A stretch of DNA of 64,000 nucleotides. Origin: Auanema rhodensis. Lineage: Eukaryota; Animalia; Nematoda. Position 1 is the stretch's first letter. Each line of letters opens with the position of its first letter. The position numbers and the translations under genes are program-made. This document shows, piece by piece, positions 26,658 to 38,682 of this stretch. Where the stretch lies: positions 14,384,001 to 14,448,000 of the forward strand of contig OZ059897.1 of the NCBI GenBank assembly GCA_964057225.1, given 5' to 3'. The notes beneath the pieces are model-generated. The model was not told the DNA's origin. It worked only from the letters and a program-made list of their open reading frames with translations, and made no database searches.

Positions 26658-29600
26658 GTCAACTATTTAAAAACAAAACCGTTCTATAAGACTGCCTAGA
26701 GTAAAAATAAAATGAGATTTGGTGTGTAATTCACGTACGTGTGGGTATATTTGTGACGTCATTACATAACAGTGAATAGGGAACAGAAAGCACATTATAG
26801 AAAGAAGAGACAGAATATGATGCAAGCATTTGAATGTAATAGGCTTTTAAATGAATTTGATTTATCCGTTCAAGAATCATTGAATTTTCTTAAACAAATT
26901 TTTAATTTCAAGTTATGAGCTTTGAATTTTCGGAAATTTCCTCGTAACGTAATCTAAGCATGGATTCTATAATACATATGAAATATAGAATAGATTTCTT
27001 GGACACTTGCCAAGAAAAAAAAAGAAAAAGAAAAATAACTTGCAAAGACTGCAAGTGAAATCGTTCAGTATGAGGATATGACAAGATGCATGATGAAGCT
27101 TTAAAATAGAAACTGAAGAAAAAAACGTAACTGAGACAAGTTTGAAGGTTTCTTTCACTCCTCTCTCTTTCTCCTTCTTTCTCTCTTTTACTTCTCATTA
27201 TATCCTTCTTTCTCTTTATCTCCTTTCGATTTGCTTCTCCATGTCTTGTTATCATCATGTCAGATTAGTGAAGTTGATGCAAAAACTGAGTTATCATTTG
27301 GATGATTAGGCTGAGTAAGTAGCTAAAAATAATTTTTTTCAAACGAACAACAATATAAATATGCAAATTAATTGTTCTTATTATAATTCTTCATTTAACT
27401 ATATAAAAACTGAACAATATATAAATTTAAAACCTCAAATATAATAATCTTTGATCTCATTATAAAGAATAATCTAAGACTATAATTGTAATTAAAGTCG
27501 ATATAACCATATTATATGTTGTAATCAAAATATTCTTGTTTTAAATTCACGAATGTTTGTCAAGAATTATCAAAATAAAAAGTAGTTAACTGATTTTCTT
27601 GTGATTCTATAATACATAGCAATATTATATAAACATAACCAACTTCATTCAATCCTATTTGCTTACTTTTTTTCAACAAAAACGAAAAAAAAAGAAAACA
27701 ACTATCGATGAATTCTTATTCTGGTAGAATGACACTTACAATGTTTGTAACTATCAGAACTTCTTGTTTTTTTTTCTCAAAAAACGACAACGCAGGCTGA
27801 GACACCCATACACAATATTTTTTAACGAAAAACAATTCTAGTTGGACGTAAGAGTTGGTGCAAATAAAACAATTTTGAATAGAAATTTAAATTTTCAAAA
27901 GAATATTACAGGTGTTCAGAAGATTCTAGAGCCATAATCAGCAAAATTGCTCCTTTATGGTCAACAACATTTTTTTCAAATCCTTTTCCGTCTTATGCTC
28001 TATTTGTTGGATTTGATTCCAGTTGAATTCATGGCACTTCAACTAGTAAATTCATGTTTCTGAATCAAAAGCATTGAAAAGATTCAGAGATGAAGCAGGG
28101 GTGCAGAACTTAGAAAGGGTGACGAACGCCAACTTATATATAACCATATTATGATTTCTGATTCTTGCTTCTCTCTCAACTTATTCATTCATTCATTCTT
28201 TCTTTCAGAAAAGAAGTTTAGTTTGAGTAGTTTGAGTAGAGCATTTGTGAAAAGAACTTGGAGATAGTTTTGTGATTTGTATTCGTTATAAGCTTGACTT
28301 ATTGTATAATTCGTCAAGCTGTCTTTTTGCTCTCCTCTTCTCAATTTTTTTTCCAAGTATTTCTAAATCTGTAAGAAGAGGAGTGAGCAAATAGATAGAA
28401 TGGGGTCGAATTGAATAGGCTAAGCAATGTGAAAGAATTATCCTACTTTTATTCGACTTGATTTATACTTTTTGTGTCTCTGTTTTGCAGAAATAGTAAT
28501 TTCTAATTTAATTTCGTATAATATGGAACGATAATGTACATGAATGACAATGAGATGACTTGAGAAAATAATGGAAGAAAAGAAGAGAGAGAAGGATAAG
28601 AAAGAACGATAGATGAGTGAAGATGAAGCATGAGAGGGTTTTGAAAAGGCAAATGGACAAGCAAAAGATAGGAAATTGACAATCTTTTTATGTATTTATT
28701 ACAATTTATGCAGTTCGTTAAATTTAACTGAGAAAATATGATATTTTATGCTTAAACAAGGAATATAGTTTAAATATTCATGAATTTGTTGACAATCAAA
28801 AATTACAGATTTGTTTTATTAATTATCTCGTCTGGTTGTTCTCGTGCAGAAGAGAAATTGCGGATTGGTTCGCTCCATTTCTTTATTTTTTTTCAATTTT
28901 TCTTGCTATTTGACTTCATCTCTCTTTCATATGCAGATCGACATTTTCCATCTGTCCAAATGATATTCATTTGATGAACAATCGAAGGACGATACGATAG
29001 TGTTGCCAAATATGTTATCTAGCTTCTACAAAGCAATAGCATCTGCTAAAATATTACATCGTTTTTCGTTTTTTTGAAAAAAAGCAGAAAAGATTATATT
29101 GTGTTTCAATGTTACAAGGAAAAACCTTGTTAGTTAATATTTTTTTTCTTATGAACACACCAGTGAAGAAAGTAGGAAAGGAATAGAGGGGGGAGGAGAA
29201 AAGGTGGAAAAGTAAGAAAATTGAGGAAATGAGAAACAAAGAAAGAAAAGGGAGCGGCGGAATAGGATGATTGGTGAAGGAAAAGCATGTGTTTTATATG
29301 TACGTAGGTATATCTGTCTATTAAATATAATGTATATATATATATATTTTATATAAATACATATATATATTTATATATATATATATATAAATTTGTATAT
29401 AGGGGTGTGAAGTCATCGAGAACTGAAATGCTTCTAATTTCCGTCGGCAAAAAAGCAGCATAATAGAGAAAGCTGGAAAAAAAGCTGAATGACAACGACG
29501 AAGAATAAATGAAAAGAATATGCGTAGAGAGGGACAGAGAGATTAGCACTAGAGACAAAAAAACTGAATGGAATGACGAAAAGAGTAATTTGATGCTTGA

Positions 29601-32600
29601 GGCAGACTGAGCATAAATGAATTGTTTAACTCAAATGTTACAACTTTTAGCTACAAGAAATTGAAAGTAAACGTTAACATGAAGTAAGCTCAGAATTTAT
29701 GTATTTTCTCTCAGTTTCACAATGGGAAATTGACTCAAATGCGACAGAGAAGAAAATGGAAAGAAAATGAAGAATTTTAAAAGAATTGATGAAGAAGTAA
29801 TGAGATTGGAAAAAGCATAAATGTTGTTTGTGAGTCTAACTGCCTTGCTTGGAGCTGGAAAGCGAATTAGTGAACTTGAATACATTTCTAATAGAACAAT
29901 AACATAGCTGAATATAAAATAAAAAAAATAGAAAAATCATTCTAGAACTGAGAGAGAAGGAAAGGAAGATATAGAAAGATAGAGAGGGAGAGAGAGAGAG
30001 CGAGAGAGGGAGAGAGACAAATAACAAGGAAAGCATTGGTGTGAATAAGAAAAAAAGAGTTAAAAATCACTCAGAATATAGATAAAATTTGTTTTAACCA
30101 ATAGCTACTAATGATATGAATCAGGAAATACTCTCTCCATTCATATAATAAAGTATGAATCTCATGAATAAAATATTAAAGTATAATATATAATACGTTT
30201 GAAATGAAAATAATAGTAAAAAATTAATTAGCTTTGCGAACAACGAAGAACCCTCCTACTAAAGAAAAGAGATGAAGAAATGGAACACCCAAATTCGAGA
30301 AAATAAAATGAAGTTAATGAAAGATATTTAGATGGCTAAAACCTTTGTGTTTAATTATATCTTTTTCTCAAAAACTAATAAAGCATATATATATATATAT
30401 ACATATATAGTTAGCAAGTTATATAATATAAATATTCATATGTATATAAAATGTGTAAAGATGATTGATAGGTACATATGTAGTTGTTACTTTATCATCT
30501 ATACCTCATCATCATCATCATCAGCATCATCATAGTCATCAGGTTGAATTATTAGAATGTTTGATTCGAAATGTTATTGTCTTGAATGATGTATAGACAT
30601 ACATGCATATTAATACATACAAATAAGCTTATTAAACGATATAAAGATTATTTTTTTCTTTTTTTACAGTTTGCTATGAATATCTCTCTCTCTATCTCCC
30701 TCTCTCTCTTTTTCGTTCTCTTTCTACGTTTCTCTCTTGCTATTAATTTATGTATGTATCTTCACACATTTCATTAATTGGTATCGATATAAATAGTTTT
30801 TGAGCTGTTGAGATAACAAAAAATTCTATATATTCAAAGAACAAGTTAAACAAAATTTTGTAAGCGGTTAATTTTTCTCTTATTTTAATAATTATGTTTC
30901 AATTATAATTTACACAGATGAAAGTATAATAAAATTTAGAAAACAATAAAAATATGAAGAAGACAAAGAATAAAAAAATATTAAAAATATTTTAAGAATA
31001 GAAGAAATTTAAGTACAAAAAACAAGTGAAATTGCAAAATTATATGCAACTTTTCATGAATAATTGATTTGGGCAATGGAAAAGTAAAATTATATAGAAG
31101 AATTACGTGAACAATTAGTTTGACCAAAATATGATTAGAAAAAAAATGATTTTCGATGAAAGTAACAAATAATATTCTTGTATTCTAATGATTACTACGC
31201 AAAGCTTAAACAAATGAAATGTAAAAGTTAGAAATTTAAATAAAAGTAAATCATTGCAAACAATATATTTATATTATGAATGAAAAAGATACAAGTAAGT
31301 ATGAGTTAAGTCTTGTTTTTGAGAAAATAGTCCGAACGAATGTATTGGTTTAAACTTTTCCAAAAATTTTAGAATAATACATATTTTATGTGAATGGGAA
31401 ATGAAAAAGAAAAACTATCATTCTATGATATGAAGAGAAAAAACGAAAACGAAAGATTACAGAGATTAGAAATGCACAGCAGAAGAGAAAAACCAATTTA
31501 TTAAATTGTAACTCGTCTTAATTAACTTGCTTAATTTACTAAAATATATTTGATTAGAATAAAAAAAACATTCAGCAATTAAAGACTAATAGAAATTATA
31601 AAATCTATTTAGAATACTAGTAAATAATTTAAAATAGCTATGTCTAACTAACAGTATATGTATGTGCATACTATGTAAGTATATGAGTATGTTAGGTAAG
31701 AAAAGGCAATATGCCAGCATGCAAAATCTCATCAACTCTTGAATTGAATCCAAAAAGCTTTCTTTTTAAATGTTTTGTTGTTGTGAAATAGAAAAGAGAG
31801 GCAGAGTAAACATAGATAACTAACATCAAATATGGTTGGTCCGCATAAACTTTTGTTGGCAACATCTATCACAATTCTAAGGCAAAATAATAAAGAGGTG
31901 AGAAGCAGGTGAATTCTAAGTAAAAACGGACATAGCTAAACAGGATGCTGTATTTTGGAAGTAAAGATGTTTGAAGTAGACATTACACCATTCTCATAAT
32001 TATTTGTATTCGTACTACTCTATTTCCTCATTCAATGCTTTGTTTTTGAAATATACCATTAAAAAGCATAATTTGCAATAATTATTATAGATAAAAGAAT
32101 ATATAAAATATGTTTATATGAAACATATATGCAATTAAGCTGAATTATTTTTCTCAAAAGTTTATTCATTATAAATATCTTGTTTTAATAAAATAACATA
32201 TTAAGTGATTGACGAGAACATCAACAAAACAAATGAACATCAAATCCGATATTTTTAACAAAGATATATGAATATATTTATGCGAAAGTTGTTCAAGTTC
32301 TAGACAAATAAAAATTGAATTAAACGGATGATTGAAGTTTCAAAGTTTTTTTTTCATTTTCATTCTGTGGCTGAAGTATGTGCGTTTATAAATTTCTTTC
32401 TCTCACTTCCTTCTTATGAATTTTGCAACACGCAGTTGAAATTGATTAATATAGTGAGTTGAACATATACTTCATCAATCATTATGAAATGTTTTACAAA
32501 CTGATTATATATATATCGTTTTAGAATTTGGAAAATTTGAAATAATTTATCCATTTTTGATTATTTTGATATTTATTCATTCAGAAAGTCGTTCAAAATA

Positions 32601-34132
32601 TTGAACTCAAAGTGCGACAATGAAAAAATCGCAAGGCTAAAAAATTGTAATAGCTATATGTATGTTTGCTAAATAATTCACAGGAAACGACTATATTACA
32701 TTGCTTTCAGAGGTTTGATGAATTTCATTTACTTTCTCTCTATTTTCTCTTTCAACCTCCGCTATCTCATTTTTCATTTTTCTATCTCTATTCTACATCC
32801 TTCTACGGCTTTGAACCCGCAAACAACTGGCATCTGGTGTATGTGGTGCCAGGGTCCACATAGCCTGTGCAGCTTCTATCTATCGCTACTCCTTCTATTG
32901 CGATATCTTTTGTTTAGTCAGTCAGAAATTTCCTTCTATACTTCGTTCTCTTATCTCTATCTCATTTTCCCTATCTTCATATAATTCTTGCTGTTATGAA
33001 AATCGGATGAATGAGTCTCCCAATGCATATTATTAAAATATTTTCTGATCCACTAGAAAAAGAAGAAGAAAAAGAGAAAAAAAAGAGAAAAGAAAAAAGC
33101 ACAACGTTCACTATGTATAAACTGTCATTTATGATTTGTCTTTATAAAATCTGTTTTTTGATATTCAGAACTTTATATTACATCAACCAACTTGGTTGCA
33201 CAATGAGTTTTAATTTTTCTTCACTGCAATTGGTGAAAATCCGAACAAAACTTTCATAGTAAATGAACGATTACGTTAATGATAGAATGAGAAAGAACCT
33301 TCGGTCGATGGCTGTTTTTTGTTGCTTTGAGATGCTTCCAATACATTGTATTAAACAACAAACGAAAGTTAGAGCTTGCTTAGTTGAGAAAAAGTAAAGA
33401 AAAGAATATAAAATGTGAAATTTTAGTATTAAGAAGATCAAAATCTATACATATTTAATCATCTTATTACAAAAAGATTGACACAACAATTATAAAATGG
33501 AAATGTTTAGAGATTCGTACTAACCTAATGAACTTTAAGTGAACACACGAACATCATCGTTTAGATAAACAGAAAACAACATAATATTAATTTAGTATGT
33601 GCATATGTCTGTAAGAGTTAATATCTCAAAACATTCCATTAAAATAATTTGAATATATGGGCAAATAGACGGAATTGTGTGAGAATTGTCAAAACTTGAT
33701 AACATTGAAGTATTATCATCTATCAGTTGTTTTCTGTGAGAATGTATGTAAAGCCTGAAATAATTGTCAAAATGTTCTCCTAAAACTAAACATTAGAAAA
33801 ATTCAAAATTTAATCTAATATAGTGCCAATTGAATGAAATCAAAATCTTCATTAATATCGGGTAAAATCAGCTTTGCAATAATGCAAACTTTTATTTTTA
33901 AGCTTACATGAAATAAGGAAGTACAAAATCATAAAAGATTGCATTTTGCGTAAAATTTAATTAACTTTAAGAAAGATAAGATATATTATAAAAAAATATA
34001 TTTATATATAAAGATTATTTATATGTGATGCACATAGCTGATATGATTAAAGTATAGTATTTAACTTTTAAAATAGTAAATATAATTCAGATTGAAAATA
34101 AATAGATTGATGTAATTATATGTACATATATA

Positions 34133-34591
34133 CAGGGTGGGTGAGAAGTATGTGTCCCTCTTTAAAATTGAATATTTCGAAAACAAAATACTATTTTAAC
34201 ATAAAAAGTTTTTATTGAAAAGAGTTATAAATAACTTAGAAAATCTACAAATTATGTTCGAAATGACCTCATTTTGTTTTAGTTACAGCAGCTCTTTTAC
34301 AAATTGTTAACGGTTGACCGCTGATACTCCTCATCTATTTCGTCCCATGCTTTGATAATATTTATTCCAAACTATTAAAATGTTGCTTCTCTATTTTGGA
34401 TTAAAATAGCCTAACACAGGATAGTCTATTGGATTGAGATTTCGGGACTGAGATGGTACCCAATCCTGTTGAAGAACCATTTCGTGATAATTGAAGTTGT
34501 TCCTCATTCATGATTCTAGGACGTCCTCTAATATGGTTTTTTGATATACTGCAGCATTAATTTTCACGTTTCTCTCGATGAAAACGAGCGG
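34133..34591 (-). mobile_element. Truncated, decayed Tc1/mariner-superfamily transposon of the DD37D (maT) family: one terminal repeat plus a C-terminal transposase fragment
   Basis: TA|CAGGGTG terminus at 34131-34139. The minus-strand translation reads PLVFIERNVKINAAVYQKTILEDVLES*MRNNF...VLQQDWVPS-QSRNLNPIDYPVLGYF...IIKAWDEIDEEY...GHFEHNL*. This matches the maT motifs QQDWAPAH and SPDLNPxDY, and the fragment carries stops and frameshifts. Confidence 0.88.
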
Positions 34592-37500
34592 ATATAGTTT
34601 GATTGGATTCTTTACAAATTAATATTTAATTCACAGAAGACAACGAATATTTGAGCTGTTTATGAATGAGAAATAAAAAAAGCTTATCTGAATTAGCTTC
34701 ATCTGATCTTTAAATAATATAATTTAATATAATAAGAAATTAGAGGATGAAGAGTAGTTATATACATGTCTATCTATAAAAATATGTATTCATATAGTTA
34801 ATTCTGGAAGAATAAAATTCGAAAAGTTTAACAAAAATTTATAGTGTAAATGAAATGTGATCATAATTTGAAATTTTAATATTAAAATAATGTTTTTAAA
34901 TCTTTTATCTTATTCATGAAATTTATATATTTATCAAAAAGGAGTGAATTCTGAACTTTTAATCAAAAATTCATAAAATTCGTTGACAAGAACTTAAATA
35001 TAGAAGGTGTGAGTATCACAAAAAATAGCGATATGATAACAAATCATAAAGATATGTATATGTAAGTATATTATTGTAAAGAAAAAAAAATCTTTGTTTC
35101 TGTGGTAACTTCATATATACATATAGTATTTTAACTAAAACTATAGTTATATATGAATATATTCAAAAAATATCTTATAATTTATTTAATTATTTTGTTT
35201 TAATATGAAGTTTATATGATACAATACATTTACTACAATTAGTACTTTCTTTAAAATATTTCAATCATTTTCCATATTTTTAAATTAAAATTGAAATATA
35301 TAATTCAAAAATTCTTAGAATTATTTGAAATATCTACAGAGACACATATGAATTTCAAAAAAAGAAAATAAATCAACTTGTATAACTATTAATTTAATTT
35401 TCAAAAATATGAATGTACTTCAATTTATTAAATTTGAAAATGTTTCTTATCAATGAATATCTATAAGAGAAAAATATATATACATATAGTTAGATTATAT
35501 AGTATAGTTATATATTATATGTATTATAAAGAGATGCCTAAATCATATAATATATAATTATAATACAAAAAAAAATAATAATATAAATAAGCTTAATATT
35601 ATCTATTACTATTTTTATATAATTTCAGATTTTTAACTAAAATTTGTATAAATTTCGTGTATTTGTCTCAATTTGTTAGAAGTATTTGTATGGAAAGAAT
35701 AGATGAAAGATCATTGAGAACATACTACACATTTAATTTAGTAATAATCATTTTTATGTATTATTGAATAAGAAAATAAATTAATGTAAATACTATATAA
35801 ACAATTATATTCATAGTACTAACATATAAATTAATATAAAATTATAAAAATATTATATTAAGGTATATATGTATACATATGTATATCAATACAATACACA
35901 CAACTATTTTTTTTATTTTACTTACATTTACAATTTTTTCTTGTGTACATAAATTTTTTTAAAATAACATATATATAACATATAAATAATATATAATTAA
36001 CTGAATATTTGCTAAAATATCCAATCACTCTTCATACTTCCTGGTTATTTTCGGAATACAATATAAAACGTTAATAATTGAATTAATTTTGCGGGTGTAG
36101 ATGGCAAGCTGTCAAACTTTGACATTCAAACTCCAAAGAAATTTAATATTTCAATATCTTTCAACCAAGATAATCTTACAAAATCAATATTGAATGTTAT
36201 GCTTTTCTATTTATACTTATAATCAATTAAGTTTAAACTTGTATAATTTGAAAATTGCGTGAATTGCATTTTCAAATACCTTTTCAGAATTTTGAACCTA
36301 ATTCTAATAAGATAATTTTCTCATACATTGATCTTTATTTACGTAAATTTTCTTTAGTTTAAATATACGGAATGGTGATTCCATTCTTATCTTTCGCTTT
36401 TTTTTAATTTAAATTTTAATTGCTCCCAGTTAACATAGCCATCAAAATTTGTTTTAGTTTTATTTAAAATTCTCATTATTATCCAATTCGTTGAATAATT
36501 ATACTCCAATTATTCCAAGATGTTCATGAAGTATCTCAATAGTTTCATTCGAATAAGGAATTTTAAATAAAAAAATTCATGCAAACTTGTTTTTGATTGT
36601 TTTTAATTCTCATGCCTTTCCTCTTATAGACGTTTTTCTCATTCATTTCTTCTAATTTCATTTGAAATCTCTCATCACTTGCATATCTTCCGAAATGTTT
36701 TTCATATTAAGTTCTGCTTTCAGTCTTTCGAGCTATAAAACTTAATTCATTTTTGATCTTTAGTTCTTAAAACGTTTTGAGTTGTCTTCTATATATAGTT
36801 CTTCTTAAATATTTTTAAAAACATTATTAAATCTTTCAAATCTTATATATCTGATAATTAGATTTTTCATTAGATGTTTTCATGCTTTTTTCAATTTTGA
36901 ATTAATTTTTATAAAAAGATTTTACTGTCAAGGGGTGGGGGTATTAAAGAATAAAATGGGTAATAACAAACACCAATTTTTAAGCTTATCCTTTGAAAGG
37001 AGCTTTAAAAAACAATTTATTGTGCCCACGCTTATAACCATATGACATTCTTTAAATAGCCAGAAATTTGTTCGTAGAGAGAATTGGTTTTTTTTTAAAG
37101 AATAATTTACACACTTAATACATAATGTTTGAGTATTAAACCTTTTTACAGCTTATGTTTTGATATAAAAATGTATAGAGATATCTCTTCTGCTCACGAG
37201 TATAGATAATCAAAACCTGAAATTCAACTTCGAACATCCATCTAGAAGGCGGAAACCCTTATTGGCTTAGTTGCTTGCTTATCTTCTTCTTAGAATTCAT
37301 ATTCGTTCCTCTACACGTCTACTTCATATTTTTGGAGATGTGCCTCCTCTTCTTTCATGATTCTGATACTTTTCAATCTACATTTAGTTCCTTCTTTAAA
37401 CTGTTGTTCAGAATATTTTTAAAGATTCCCATCTGTACATATTTTTCAATTTAGTAATTTCAAGTTTAAATAAAAGTATGCTAAATACATAACAAATTTT

Positions 37501-38682
37501 TTTTATTTAAAGGGCATTCATTACTTTTCGTTCAAATATAGTTTACAACAACATATCTAGCTCCATAGCTCATTAAACATTGAGTCTGTGACAGAGTCTC
37601 CTAAAAAAGCTGTTAGCAACAATTATACCAAAAAAAAACCTTCAAGATACTATTATATAAAGAGAGGAATAGAATAAGCTTAGAATTTGTTCAGCTGTAC
37701 TATTTCACCTTTTTCTATATAATCATTTTATTTAAGAGAGAATGAGAGAGAGAAAGAAATGTTTATTTGCTATATTCTGTCGGAAATAGAAACTGATGTT
37801 CTTCGTATACTATGATATGATCCATTCCATTTTTACTTGAAATATTTCTCACAGCATGCAATAATTCAATTTGTTTTTCAATTCACTAGTCTTTAGTGCG
37901 TTTTCATATAATTTTTATTTCAAAATTACCTTATATCACATACACAAGAATTCAATCATACAACTTTTGTTAGAATGTGCTCACAAACTGAGTAAAGAAC
38001 TTCTTACATTTGAATGATTCTAAATACGCCTATTCGATTTCACTGACACATCTTTTCTCGGTGTGCCCCTTCCTGTTTGCCTTATTAAGATTTCATGTCA
38101 GACTCTTGAAACATGTTTCTTGATTGAAACAACTAACTCAGAGATTTAAAGCGTAGGCAGTCTATTCACAAAAAAAAAGTTTAATTAGCTGAATTCTATC
38201 ATTCAGTATTTTACTCTTCACTTGTTAATTCTAAAAACTTTTCTTTTTTAACTCATTGCTTCATTGGATGAAAAAAATGTGGATGGGTGGAGCCTATTGA
38301 ACATTCAGCTTTGGGAACTGAGATAGAAGCAGAAAAAGTATAGATAAAATAGAAAAATATTTTCAGACAGGCTGAAAGAGTGAAAATGAGAAAGCGAGAG
38401 AGAGAGAGAGGAAAAGAGAAAGAAGAAAAGATAGAGAAAAAGAGAAAACGATAGAAAAAAAGAAAAAGTGAAAAAAAAGAGAAAGAATATCATACGAAAT
38501 CATTGTCATCACATATACAACTAAACTACACTACGTACTAGATTGAGTAAAAGAGTTATTGAGTCTCTATTCAACTTGCATTTTGTCTTTCCGTTTCTCT
38601 TCTAGTTATTTGAATCTTCTTTCACTCTGATTTGTAAAGCTTTCATTGAATTTTTGCGTTTAGACGATTTTCTGCTCCTCAC

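Noticed and set aside
426-33259. Dozens of 60-130 aa ORFs in the provided track
   Set aside because: Most derive from GA/CT/TA low-complexity tracts (poly-RE, SLSL, YIYI), many start at non-ATG codons, and none shows a recognisable domain.
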